IMG/VR virus record: IMGVR_UViG_3300027736_002225
Source of the DNA: a virus
Length of the DNA stretch: 64,000 nucleotides
Direction: 5' to 3' (one strand)
The notes below the pieces were generated by a model, which ran no database searches, had not been told where the DNA came from, and saw nothing but the letters and a program-made list of their open reading frames with translations. Shown piece by piece: positions 21,719-29,948 of the stretch. Within the stretch, counting starts at the first letter, position 1; every line of letters starts with the position of its first letter. Both the position numbers and the translations under genes were made by a program.

Positions 21719-21886
21719 TTACAACAATTCTTTAATCTGTTCAATTTGTTCTTCAGTCAACGGTCCATCATCTGGCTCATAAGTAGGAACCAATTTATCA
21801 ACTTCCTTAACCAATTCAGGATCTACAGCCTGTCCCATTGATCGAGCAAAGTTAACCAAAAGTTCCTTTTCTTTTATATTCTTCAT
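21719..21886 (-). CDS. Small hypothetical protein (55 aa; not in ORF track)
   Basis: MKNIKEKELLVNFARSMGQAVDPELVKEVDKLVPTYEPDDGPLTEEQIEQIKELL* fills the intergenic gap. Confidence 0.55.
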   Translation of the reverse strand: MKNIKEKELLVNFARSMGQAVDPELVKEVDKLVPTYEPDDGPLTEEQIEQIKELL

Positions 21887-21941
21887 TGACAAACTATTGA
21901 CATGATGTTATTATTCCCTATGAGCCTGGGTAATAAGAGTC

Positions 21942-22460
21942 TTAACAATTCCACTTCTTCAAAGCAAGATTGATTCTTGACTTTGGATCATTGGCTGTTT
22001 TAGAAGACGTCAACTTATCCTTCATTCCACCCATACGAGCACAAAAAGATTTGCGTCTATTTGCTGCTTTACTTCCGGGCTTTAATTTAGACGGAGGTGT
22101 TGTAACTGCTGTTTGCAGATGGCTACCAGGATGTTCTCTTCTGTAAGCCATTACTCCCGATTTAGTTAAGCCGCCTTCCGGATTCTTATGCTTTGAATCT
22201 TGCCAGTCCTCTTTCATCGCAGCCATATTGTCTACTAAATTAGGATATGGTCTACCAGCAGCTTTTGCTCTTGCTTTAGCATTTGCTTTTTGTGCAGGTG
22301 TCATATGTCCGTGTGACTTTTTAGGATTTGGTTCATCCCAAACTTCTTCAGGTATACAATTAGGTACTTTCTTACCATTCTTCTTTTTCATACCTAACAT
22401 TTTATAATCCTTCCAGCAAGGATCCTTGTCTTCGTCTATGAACTCTTTGAATTTTTTCAT
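21942..22460 (-). CDS. Basic conserved phage protein (DUF6321-like), CTS-like start
   Basis: 'DPCWKDYKMLGMKKKNGKKVPNC', 'RPYPNLVDNM' and 'RRKSFCARM...SRINLALKKWNC' modules. Confidence 0.7.
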   Translation of the reverse strand: MKKFKEFIDEDKDPCWKDYKMLGMKKKNGKKVPNCIPEEVWDEPNPKKSHGHMTPAQKANAKARAKAAGRPYPNLVDNMAAMKEDWQDSKHKNPEGGLTKSGVMAYRREHPGSHLQTAVTTPPSKLKPGSKAANRRKSFCARMGGMKDKLTSSKTANDPKSRINLALKKWNC

Positions 22461-23653
22461 GATTGTCTCGAAAAGTTTTCTCTGCTAAAGTCTGCTCTAT
22501 CTACTAATTTTGTAGGACGATTGTTTATTACTGCAACATGGCCTTCTGGTTTAGTTGCCTTACCATTAATAGAATGATGGTAATCGTAATGGGATCCTGC
22601 AAGTGTATGTACCAAAACATTCTTTGCGTTTTGTAAATGCTTATGAACTTCTAATGTAGATTTAAATGCAGGCTCATGCTTATCTATATGTGCCATTGCC
22701 GCGTTTAAAGTTGCAGTTTTTGCTTCTTTTGCTTTAGGTGTTTTAACCTTATCAACTTCTTTCTGCAATCTACCTTTTAGATGAGCTTTGTATCCTCCAA
22801 CTGAAGGTGTACTACCTTCTCTAACTGTAGAGTTAATATAAGTCTTTAAGTGTTCTTTATGTGATTCATGGGCACCTTCAAGATGTCCATAACTCTTTAA
22901 TTTATTATTTTCCTCAACTGCTTTCTTCATATGACCTTCAAACGACTTTTGCGCTTCAGGTGTATAATGTGCTGCAGATGATTTAAACGATGTGTCAATC
23001 ATATGAACATCGGGATGTTTATTGAAATGCGATACGTCGGCATTATAATGTGCCTTCATATGCTCAAGATTATTTCCATGATATGCAGTATGAACTGCAA
23101 CACCTATTTTAGCTTCCTTTGCCTTTGCGGCTTCGGGAGTATTATTCTTTGCAGAATAAGTTATAGTGTTAGGTTTGAAGTGAACTGATCCTGCAGAAGA
23201 TTCAACGTCTCCGTGAGGATTTGATTTGCTCTTTACACCGGAGTGCATTATGTCGCCCTGAAACACTCCTCGATTAGGAGTAACTTTTGGCAAATGATGC
23301 AAAGCTGCGGTTAACTTATTTACAAGCCCGGGTGCGTGACCATGATTCTTTTGTATATCAGATGTTGTATAATTTAATTTTGGATTCTTATTGAATGCCG
23401 ATTTAGATGCAACAAAGAATCTACCTGATTCAGGATGATGCCCAAATACAACTGAAGGGGAACCATCATACTTTGTTGATAAAGATACTGATGATTTCTT
23501 ACCTTGTAACGCTCTGTGCGTTTCATGCAGAGTATTGAATGCGTGCTTAAAGCCTTCTTCCCCTGCATTAATAGGATGGTCTTCTGCGTGTTCTAAATGA
23601 GTTAGTTTTTCCTCATTCGCAGATTCGTTTAGGAATGATGAAAAGGAAATCAT
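22457..23653 (-). CDS. Conserved phage protein (DUF6267-like) with ligase-type nucleotidyltransferase motifs
   Basis: 'THLEHAED', 'STKYDGSPSVVFG' (KxDG), 'VFQGDIM', 'PEGHV' and 'KLVDR'. Confidence 0.65.
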   Translation of the reverse strand: MISFSSFLNESANEEKLTHLEHAEDHPINAGEEGFKHAFNTLHETHRALQGKKSSVSLSTKYDGSPSVVFGHHPESGRFFVASKSAFNKNPKLNYTTSDIQKNHGHAPGLVNKLTAALHHLPKVTPNRGVFQGDIMHSGVKSKSNPHGDVESSAGSVHFKPNTITYSAKNNTPEAAKAKEAKIGVAVHTAYHGNNLEHMKAHYNADVSHFNKHPDVHMIDTSFKSSAAHYTPEAQKSFEGHMKKAVEENNKLKSYGHLEGAHESHKEHLKTYINSTVREGSTPSVGGYKAHLKGRLQKEVDKVKTPKAKEAKTATLNAAMAHIDKHEPAFKSTLEVHKHLQNAKNVLVHTLAGSHYDYHHSINGKATKPEGHVAVINNRPTKLVDRADFSRENFSRQS

Positions 23654-24744
23654 TTTGCCAACTTTTCATAATCTTTACCGTGTGATACTGCGCCAACAAT
23701 ATTTGTCATTGGAGAACTTTTATCTTTAAAAGAAATCTTAGCAATATGATGTTGTTTGCCGCTTTGATCTTCAGCATGAACGTGCATATATGTGCCTTTG
23801 CTTGAGAAGTTATAATGCTTTACTTTAGAATGCATTGTATTAAATTCATCGTGCGGGCTTGAAATATTTACTTTATTCTTCTTAGTATCGTAATGTGCTT
23901 TGATTACAGGTGTTGGAGTCTCTTCTGCATTCATTAATCTTTTAACAGCATGAGTCTTATCCTCATGACTTAGATTGTTAAAGTGTGTTGCGTAATGTGA
24001 TGCCAAACCTGATCTAAAATCGGAACTAGCTTTTTTAACTTTTGCAACTCTATCAGCATGCTGAGGGCTCTTTTCTAGAGCTCTAAATTGAGAATTGCGT
24101 TCGTTTTGATTTGTACCTGTAATTAATTTATTTTTACCTGAACCTCTATTTGCCATTGAAACTAGATGTTCTTTATGAGTATCAATCTCATGCTGAGATG
24201 CCGTTGCATGATGCTCAGGTATCTTTGCCATTTTATTCAAGTCTTTAAGACCAGGAGATCTTAAACCGGGCTTTTCGCCTACTTTCAAACTAATAGCAAA
24301 GTGCTTGCCCTTTGATGTACTTAATAACGCGTCCCCCGGATTATTTTTATCCCCGGCATGTCCTGATACTTTTGATAATTGTCCTGGTCTAGATGTCCAA
24401 GTTGCGTGCAATGTTTCATTCTTACCTACGCCATGATGTTGTTCTAAATGTTTGTGAACTGCGGCATAAGTTTGTTCTGCGGCGGCATGGATATGTGCAC
24501 TATGTTCCGGTGTTAGATTTCCGTGATGATGTGTATGTGCTTCCGCGGGAGACATATTTTCTTCATTGGAAAACTTTGGGGGATGTTCTTTATTTGGGTG
24601 AGCGTGTTGCATGAAACTTGTTTCGAATGCTGGGCCCATATGTGCAGCAGTAGACCCTGCAGCTTCTTCGAGAATTTCTAATTCTTCTGCTAATGTTTTT
24701 GCAACGATCGCAGCTGATTCTCTAAGTTCTTTGAATTGTTTCAT
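23650..24744 (-). CDS. His-rich protein, possible PD-(D/E)XK-like nuclease (364 aa)
   Basis: 'NPGDALL...FAISLK' motif; CTS-like start MKQFKELRE. Confidence 0.45.
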   Translation of the reverse strand: MKQFKELRESAAIVAKTLAEELEILEEAAGSTAAHMGPAFETSFMQHAHPNKEHPPKFSNEENMSPAEAHTHHHGNLTPEHSAHIHAAAEQTYAAVHKHLEQHHGVGKNETLHATWTSRPGQLSKVSGHAGDKNNPGDALLSTSKGKHFAISLKVGEKPGLRSPGLKDLNKMAKIPEHHATASQHEIDTHKEHLVSMANRGSGKNKLITGTNQNERNSQFRALEKSPQHADRVAKVKKASSDFRSGLASHYATHFNNLSHEDKTHAVKRLMNAEETPTPVIKAHYDTKKNKVNISSPHDEFNTMHSKVKHYNFSSKGTYMHVHAEDQSGKQHHIAKISFKDKSSPMTNIVGAVSHGKDYEKLAK

Positions 24745-24777
24745 GTTTCTTCCATTTAAATGAATTGATACTAATAT

Positions 24778-24785
24778 TATTTATA
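24778..24785 (-). promoter_or_regulatory. T4-type late promoter TATAAATA
   Basis: Exact consensus upstream of the CTS-protein cluster. Confidence 0.75.
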
Positions 24786-24811
24786 TTAAATCAAAGTTAC
24801 GAAACACGTAG

Positions 24812-24837
24812 AAAACCGGCGAATTGCTCGCCGGTTT
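24812..24837 (-). terminator. Intrinsic terminator
   Basis: AAACCGGCGA-gcaat-TCGCCGGTTTT hairpin just after the stop at 24844. Confidence 0.7.
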
Positions 24838-24843
24838 GTAGGA

Positions 24844-25428
24844 TTATTTGATATTTTTATACCAGGCTTCTATTACTGGGTGCAAAACATCATCAGTGTA
24901 GTCCATTTTCATGGTATTTACAATTGCGAGAATAATCTGTATATTGCCTTTGACGTATCCTTTCTTTGAATTGATACGATCTACACTAGGACGAAATGGA
25001 TTTCGGTTACCCTTTGTCCCCAATTCCATCTTAAATGGAATTTTTGTAATAGCACATTTACCTTCGCATGCATTGAATTTACTTTGAATATACTCGGGAG
25101 TAAGATTAAATAACATCTTACGACCTTTCTTTTCATGAGCAGCAACTCGATTTTTAAGAGCAGTATATTCGGTTACACCAAATTTTTCAGGGGATGCTTT
25201 CTTTGCTCTATTTGCAGTACGAGTTTTAATTCGTAGTGCTTCTTTTTGCTCCGAGGTTAATTCTTTTTTCTTCTTTTGATAATCCCACTTACCAAAGGAA
25301 TTAACTATTTCAGTTTCTTCAGCAGTCAATGGACGTGCATCAATGCGACGGATTAGATGCAAGCGCTTTGCTTGTTTGCGAAGCACTGCATCCTCAAAAT
25401 TGTATACCATATTAGATACCGATACCAT
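24844..25428 (-). CDS. His-Me/HNH-like endonuclease-domain protein (194 aa)
   Basis: '[10 protein letters not shown]...[20 protein letters not shown]...N..K' motif. Confidence 0.6.
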   Translation of the reverse strand: MVSVSNMVYNFEDAVLRKQAKRLHLIRRIDARPLTAEETEIVNSFGKWDYQKKKKELTSEQKEALRIKTRTANRAKKASPEKFGVTEYTALKNRVAAHEKKGRKMLFNLTPEYIQSKFNACEGKCAITKIPFKMELGTKGNRNPFRPSVDRINSKKGYVKGNIQIILAIVNTMKMDYTDDVLHPVIEAWYKNIK

Positions 25429-25705
25429 CTACATTCGAAGAATAGTTTGGACGTTCTTGCGAAGCATAATCTATTTTGCAGATATTATTTTCGCCCAGAT
25501 GACCGTTGGTAGCGGTATCTGCCATCTGAAAAAATTCTTTCTTAGTAATTTCTCGTGTAGAAACAATCGTTTCCCCAAGATATTGCTGGTCAAATTCTTC
25601 AGCTTCTTGCATAGCAACTGTGTCGCCAGCGTGGTCAGCTTCTTTAGCGTCAACTACGTAATAGTGACGGAACATTGTAACGGTTTCAACTAGATATAAA
25701 GCCAT
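25412..25705 (-). CDS. Hypothetical phage protein (97 aa)
   Basis: ORF with agga RBS; '[15 protein letters not shown]'. Confidence 0.6.
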   Translation of the reverse strand: MALYLVETVTMFRHYYVVDAKEADHAGDTVAMQEAEEFDQQYLGETIVSTREITKKEFFQMADTATNGHLGENNICKIDYASQERPNYSSNVDGIGI

Positions 25706-25789
25706 AATATAATCCTAAAAATTCCGCTTACGCCTTACGGAAACACTTTGTCTATAAAAAACGGGCAGGAGTGTTCGTTCTAAATTAAT

Positions 25790-26032
25790 TTAGAATGCAG
25801 CGTTGCCGTGTGCTGCGTAAGCTGCTGCTACCATTGCACGTGAAGGTGTGCCAAGACGGTATGCTTGCTTACCGTTCTTTGTGGTGTTAGTGTAAACAGC
25901 ATAACCTTCAGCGCGAAGTTCGCTGATACGAGGACGTACGCTGTTCTCTTTGCTTTGTGTCAAACCAGCCAATTGTGCTGGGGTGAATTGACGCCCAGAC
26001 TTAAGTACATTCAAAATACGCGATTTAAGCAT
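25790..26032 (-). CDS. Winged-HTH DNA-binding protein (80 aa; start revised to ATG 26032)
   Basis: MLKSRILNVLKSGRQFTPAQLAGL...SVRPRISELRAEGYAVY; ggag RBS; the track's TTG start lies in the promoter -35 box. Confidence 0.75.
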   Translation of the reverse strand: MLKSRILNVLKSGRQFTPAQLAGLTQSKENSVRPRISELRAEGYAVYTNTTKNGKQAYRLGTPSRAMVAAAYAAHGNAAF

Positions 26033-26108
26033 ATAAAACTCCATTAAACAAAATAACCGCTTCAAAAATTTTACAGTAACGGCGGTTGATTCGTTACTGT
26101 ATCTTGCT

Positions 26109-26137
26109 ATTATAACAGAAAAATGAATTTCTGTCAA
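26109..26137 (-). promoter_or_regulatory. Sigma70-type early promoter
   Basis: TTGACA-17 nt-TATAAT with extended -10 TG. Confidence 0.85.
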
Positions 26138-26140
26138 GCA

Positions 26141-26356
26141 TTATTTACCAGGCTTTTTGACCTTTTGTAAATATTCTATACCAATATGACCCTGCTCAAT
26201 TTCATTTAGAGCAGTTACAATTGCACCGTCGCTAGATAAAATCTTTGCTTTGTGTCCACGTTTAAGTTCTCGTGCTCGAATAGATGCAATAAGAACTAGA
26301 TCATACCTATTACCAATCATGTTGGTTGCTTCTTCTGACGTATATCGTGCTGTCAT
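26141..26356 (-). CDS. rpoZ: RNA polymerase omega subunit homologue
   Basis: 'GNRYDLVLIASIRAREL...IVTALNEIEQG' matches the RpoZ pattern. Confidence 0.85.
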   Translation of the reverse strand: MTARYTSEEATNMIGNRYDLVLIASIRARELKRGHKAKILSSDGAIVTALNEIEQGHIGIEYLQKVKKPGK

Positions 26357-26371
26357 ATCTTCCTTTGTTGT

Positions 26372-26447
26372 TGGTGCGCCGGGAGGGATTTGAACCCCCG
26401 CTCAACAAATTATGAGTTTGCTGCCTTAACCGCTTGGCCACCGGCGC
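26372..26447 (-). tRNA. tRNA-CAT (Ile2 or Met)
   Basis: Cloverleaf, loop CTCATAA, encoded CCA; identity not resolvable by eye. Confidence 0.85.
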
Positions 26448-26454
26448 TAAATTG

Positions 26455-26541
26455 TGGTACGACTGACCGGAATCGAACCGGTACGCCCTTACGGACATCA
26501 GATTTTAAGTCTGAGGCGTCTACCGATTCCGCCACAGTCGC
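26455..26541 (-). tRNA. tRNA-Leu(TAA)
   Basis: Loop CTTAAAA, long variable arm, CCA. Confidence 0.92.
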
Positions 26542-26546
26542 AAAAA

Positions 26547-26822
26547 TTAAGTATCAATATTAGACCATTTTTTCAACTTAATGAATTTGTCTAATTTGAA
26601 TTGCAATAAAATATTACTATCAACTATACCTTGCTTATCTAACAATTCAATCATTGCCAATAGATCTCCAAGTTCTTCTTGTAGCCGATAAAGATTTGTT
26701 TGATTTGGCGTATCTGGATGTGTCGCTTCTAGACCAAACCGAAATACTTTACTGATTGCTTGGATTACTTCAGCACATTCTTCTTGTAGAATCCGAAGTG
26801 TTTCCATTGTTTGTTCGTTCAT
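26547..26822 (-). CDS. MazG-like NTP pyrophosphohydrolase
   Basis: 'LQEECAEVIQAISK...LQEELGDLL' EExxE...EExxD motif. Confidence 0.8.
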   Translation of the reverse strand: MNEQTMETLRILQEECAEVIQAISKVFRFGLEATHPDTPNQTNLYRLQEELGDLLAMIELLDKQGIVDSNILLQFKLDKFIKLKKWSNIDT

Positions 26823-26841
26823 ACTATCACCTTAAAAACAT

Positions 26842-26870
26842 ATTATAACATCTTTTTGACTATCTGTCAA
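26842..26870 (-). promoter_or_regulatory. Sigma70-type early promoter
   Basis: TTGACA-17 nt-TATAAT. Confidence 0.85.
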
Positions 26871-27298
26871 GCATATTCGTAATTAATTGTGTCCAAATTC
26901 TTCCGGAATTCCTTTGCCCCGTTCTTGAGGTGGAATCTACGAGCCATTTCTGTCGTCGGACTCAACGTAACAAATCGTTTGATGTGTGGCTTTGTGCTAA
27001 TTATTTCGTCTCTTGCTTTGAAAATTAAATCACGTCCAGCACCAGGAATGTAACTCCAAATTGTATAGAAGATTACTGTAGATGGTTCTGAAGATGGTTT
27101 TAGTAATTCAATGCATGAACTTGGAATGTCATCCATATATGCAACGCATACTACTGCTTGAGGTTTATTGTCTTTTAATAAAACAAGCACTTCTCTGTTT
27201 TCAGAGATTCTAAATTCTACAGGTATCTCAGGGCGGACAGGATCGTCCTTAATTAGATTCAATATTGGATCAGACAAGTCTGTTGGCTTATATATCAT
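26867..27298 (-). CDS. Hypothetical protein, GNAT/malonyl-CoA-decarboxylase-like fold (143 aa)
   Basis: 'VIFYTIWSY..GAGRDLI...FVTLSP...RFHLKNGA' resembles the MCD/GNAT core. Confidence 0.5.
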   Translation of the reverse strand: MIYKPTDLSDPILNLIKDDPVRPEIPVEFRISENREVLVLLKDNKPQAVVCVAYMDDIPSSCIELLKPSSEPSTVIFYTIWSYIPGAGRDLIFKARDEIISTKPHIKRFVTLSPTTEMARRFHLKNGAKEFRKNLDTINYEYA

Positions 27299-27337
27299 AA
27301 TCTGTGCACCTGAAGAATAGATTTTACATTATACATT

Positions 27338-27345
27338 TATTTATA
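27338..27345 (-). promoter_or_regulatory. T4-type late promoter TATAAATA
   Basis: Exact consensus in intergenic gap. Confidence 0.65.
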
Positions 27346-27385
27346 CAAAAAAACCAACAAATTTTTTCATCTACTGAAAATATAT

Positions 27386-27985
27386 TTAATCTATTAAGAA
27401 GCCTTTCCTCATATAGTCGGGGGCATCTATATATCTTAATTCGTCGGATACTGGTTGGTCAACATCGTCATCGTTCCAAACAGGAATTGCCACAGTGTTG
27501 CCATGGACAAAATCTGGATTTCCTCTTAGATGTACTTCGATGACTTTTTTACCTATGAACTCTATATTAGCATAATCAAACTTACGTAGTACGGAAAGTT
27601 CTATAGGCATATAAAGGGTATCGGCACACTTCTGCCACTTTGAGAATTTCCATAAAGGATCGCCGGGATTTCTAAATCCCTCAACTGCAAGTACTGGCGC
27701 GCCATAAATGTAATCAACACTAATGTGCCGACCTTCAAATATCTCGCACCAGAAAGAACCTGCAGGCAAATGATTAGTATCGTGTTCAATATGATAGAAT
27801 GCCGCACCTTTACCCATACCAATTATATTAGTAACCGGACGCACTATGTAATTACCAGGTTTCGGAACAGGTACACCTGCAGGTCCGCAGACGTATCCCA
27901 ATTTTCTAGAAAGGATTAATTTATCAAATAACCAAAGATCATTTAATTCGCAATTAATCCATGCCTCGTCTTCGCTGATATTCAT
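27386..27985 (-). CDS. ATP-grasp-like phage protein (start revised to MNISEDEAW)
   Basis: ggagg RBS before 27985; 'YIVRP...GMGKGA', 'CEIFEGRHISVD' and 'NIEFIGKKVIEVHLR'. Confidence 0.55.
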   Translation of the reverse strand: MNISEDEAWINCELNDLWLFDKLILSRKLGYVCGPAGVPVPKPGNYIVRPVTNIIGMGKGAAFYHIEHDTNHLPAGSFWCEIFEGRHISVDYIYGAPVLAVEGFRNPGDPLWKFSKWQKCADTLYMPIELSVLRKFDYANIEFIGKKVIEVHLRGNPDFVHGNTVAIPVWNDDDVDQPVSDELRYIDAPDYMRKGFLID

Positions 27986-27996
27986 AGTGCCTCCAA

Positions 27997-28479
27997 TTAT
28001 GCTGCTTGTTGATATGCTAAAATTTCCTTCAAACGGTCTGCACAATAAGAAGCCGCAAATGCGTTTGGTTTAACCATCGGTACAACATTACAAGTACCTT
28101 TGATATAACCAACTGCTTGTTGAATCACTATAGAACTATTATGCCTTAGATCCGGGTTGATATCCAAATGAATTTCAACTTCCCGTTCTCCAATGCAATC
28201 TTCGATCAAGTGATACAAATCTGCAACTCTGTACACTTCTGACATTAGACGCATCGAAGGCCGTTGAGCCTTAGAATCATAGTCAATCTCAGTTTGTACT
28301 TCGCCAAAAATCTTACAACCATGTCGTCCATCGATGTGAACTACGATTGCGAGAGTATAATCTGCATACCATTTGCCGTCGCGTTTATATCTTTCAGAGT
28401 CAGCACCAATGTAAATTTTGGTTTCTAGACTTTGAGCTTCAATAAAAGCTTTTACTTCAGCAATATTTATCTTTCTCAT
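27997..28479 (-). CDS. RNase H-like YkuK family protein
   Basis: 'KIYIGADS...RLMSEV...EIHLDIN...KPNAFAASYCAD'. Confidence 0.8.
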   Translation of the reverse strand: MRKINIAEVKAFIEAQSLETKIYIGADSERYKRDGKWYADYTLAIVVHIDGRHGCKIFGEVQTEIDYDSKAQRPSMRLMSEVYRVADLYHLIEDCIGEREVEIHLDINPDLRHNSSIVIQQAVGYIKGTCNVVPMVKPNAFAASYCADRLKEILAYQQAA

Positions 28480-28499
28480 AATTCACCTCATTAAAAACA

Positions 28500-28573
28500 T
28501 GGAGCGGGTAGAGAGAATCGAACTCTCACATTAACCTTGGCAAGGTCATAAGCTACCATTACATCATACCCGC
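28500..28573 (-). tRNA. tRNA-Gly(GCC)
   Basis: Loop TTGCCAA, CCA. Confidence 0.92.
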
Positions 28574-28575
28574 AC

Positions 28576-28651
28576 TGGTGGTAATAGTTGGACTCGAACC
28601 AACGATAGACTGCGTATGAAGCAGTTGCATTAGCCACTATGCTATATTACC
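28576..28651 (-). tRNA. tRNA-Met(CAT)
   Basis: Loop TTCATAC, CCA; Met versus Ile2 identity uncertain. Confidence 0.85.
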
Positions 28652-28658
28652 TTATATA

Positions 28659-28735
28659 TGGCCGGCCCTGAGAGATTCGAACTCCCAACCTCAAGTTTCG
28701 AAGACTTGCTTTCTATCCAATTGAATTAAGGGCCG
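28659..28735 (-). tRNA. tRNA-Arg(TCG)
   Basis: Loop CTTCGAA, CCA. Confidence 0.9.
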
Positions 28736-28740
28736 TAAAC

Positions 28741-28827
28741 TGGCAGAGAGTGTGGGAGTCGAACCCACTCGCCCCTTTCGGAGCGTCAGATTAGCAATCT
28801 GGTGCCTTACCATCCAGCCCACTCTCC
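28741..28827 (-). tRNA. tRNA-Ser(GCT)
   Basis: Loop TTGCTAA, long variable arm, CCA. Confidence 0.92.
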
Positions 28828-28833
28828 TAAACT

Positions 28834-29397
28834 TTACATCGTTGGTCCGTTACCATTGCGAAAACCAATCTCACCACCTTCTTCTTTGATTCGTTTTAAC
28901 ACATCTTCAAATAAGATAGGTGCAAAATCAGTTTGTTCAACACAAACACAATGATATCGAACATCCACTATTCCATCTTTCATTACTCTGTTAGAGTGCA
29001 AATGTCCGTGAATGTTAACACCAAATCTACCCAACGATTCAGTATGAATTGGTATATGACTTAAGATCATTCCATTCATAACATGATATGCTCGCAATTC
29101 GCGGAAGTATGCTCTATACTCATCGTCACGGAAAATATCGTGATTGCCGCGAATTAAAACCTTATCGCCGTTTAAGCGAGCCATTATGGACAACGCTTTA
29201 CGGTTTATAACTACATCACCTAAGTGATATACTTTATCGTTTGGTCGAACTGTTTCGTTCCAACGCTTAACCATTTCCTCATCCATTTCTGCAGGATCAG
29301 TCCATGGCCTAAGTTTTGTGACACCGTCGTTGCGAGTAAATTTACATACGCCGGCATGACCGAAATGAGTATCGCTTACTAAAAATACTGCTGGCAT
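28834..29397 (-). CDS. Calcineurin-like metallophosphoesterase
   Basis: SDTHFGH, HLGD, GNHD and HGHLH motifs. Confidence 0.9.
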   Translation of the reverse strand: MPAVFLVSDTHFGHAGVCKFTRNDGVTKLRPWTDPAEMDEEMVKRWNETVRPNDKVYHLGDVVINRKALSIMARLNGDKVLIRGNHDIFRDDEYRAYFRELRAYHVMNGMILSHIPIHTESLGRFGVNIHGHLHSNRVMKDGIVDVRYHCVCVEQTDFAPILFEDVLKRIKEEGGEIGFRNGNGPTM

Positions 29398-29413
29398 ATT
29401 ATACTCCTTAACT

Positions 29414-29503
29414 TGGAGGAAGATGTGAGATTCGAACTCACGGAACCCTTTCAGATCCGCTAGTTTTCAAGACTAGAGCCATAAGCCACTCGGCCAATCT
29501 TCC
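29414..29503 (-). tRNA. tRNA-Ser(TGA)
   Basis: Loop CTTGAAA, long variable arm, CCA. Confidence 0.92.
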
Positions 29504-29512
29504 GTTATTATT

Positions 29513-29589
29513 TGGCATCCCGGGTAAGAATCGAACTTACAACCTTTGGCTTTGGAGGCCACTGCTCTGCCTGATTGAGCTACCGAGAC
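29513..29589 (-). tRNA. tRNA-Trp(CCA)
   Basis: Loop CTCCAAA, CCA end. Confidence 0.9.
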
Positions 29590-29598
29590 ATATTTTAC

Positions 29599-29674
29599 TG
29601 GTGCAACCTAGAGGAATCGAACCTCTTTCAACGGTTCTTCAGACCGCCGCTATGACCACATCAGCTAAAGTTGC
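29599..29674 (-). tRNA. tRNA-Phe(GAA)
   Basis: Loop CTGAAGA, CCA. Confidence 0.9.
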
Positions 29675-29683
29675 ATTATTTAT

Positions 29684-29759
29684 TGGGGTGTCTGATGGGG
29701 ATCGAACCCACGCATATCGGAATCACAACCCGAGGCCTTACCACTTGGCGACAGACACC
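29684..29759 (-). tRNA. tRNA-His(GTG)
   Basis: Loop TTGTGAT, G-1:C73, CCA. Confidence 0.92.
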
Positions 29760-29821
29760 ATATAGAAACACACTATCTACTACGGATCCACGTTTTACGC
29801 AGACAATGTGTTCTTATATGG
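29758..29821 (-). ncRNA. Long spacer hairpin between tRNA-Lys and tRNA-His
   Basis: CCATATAAGAACACATTGTCTGC pairs with GTAGATAGTGTGTTTCTATATGG (about 22 bp, G-U pairs on the minus strand). Confidence 0.6.
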
Positions 29822-29894
29822 TAGGACGTATTGGATTCGAACCAATGACCAATAGATTAAAAGTCTACTGCTCTACCATCTGAGCTAACGTCCC
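29819..29894 (-). tRNA. tRNA-Lys(TTT)
   Basis: Loop CTTTTAA, CCA. Confidence 0.92.
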
Positions 29895-29948
29895 GTTTAT
29901 CTTATCACTCTTGTCACTATTCATAACAGATCTCCTTTTTAAAAAATT

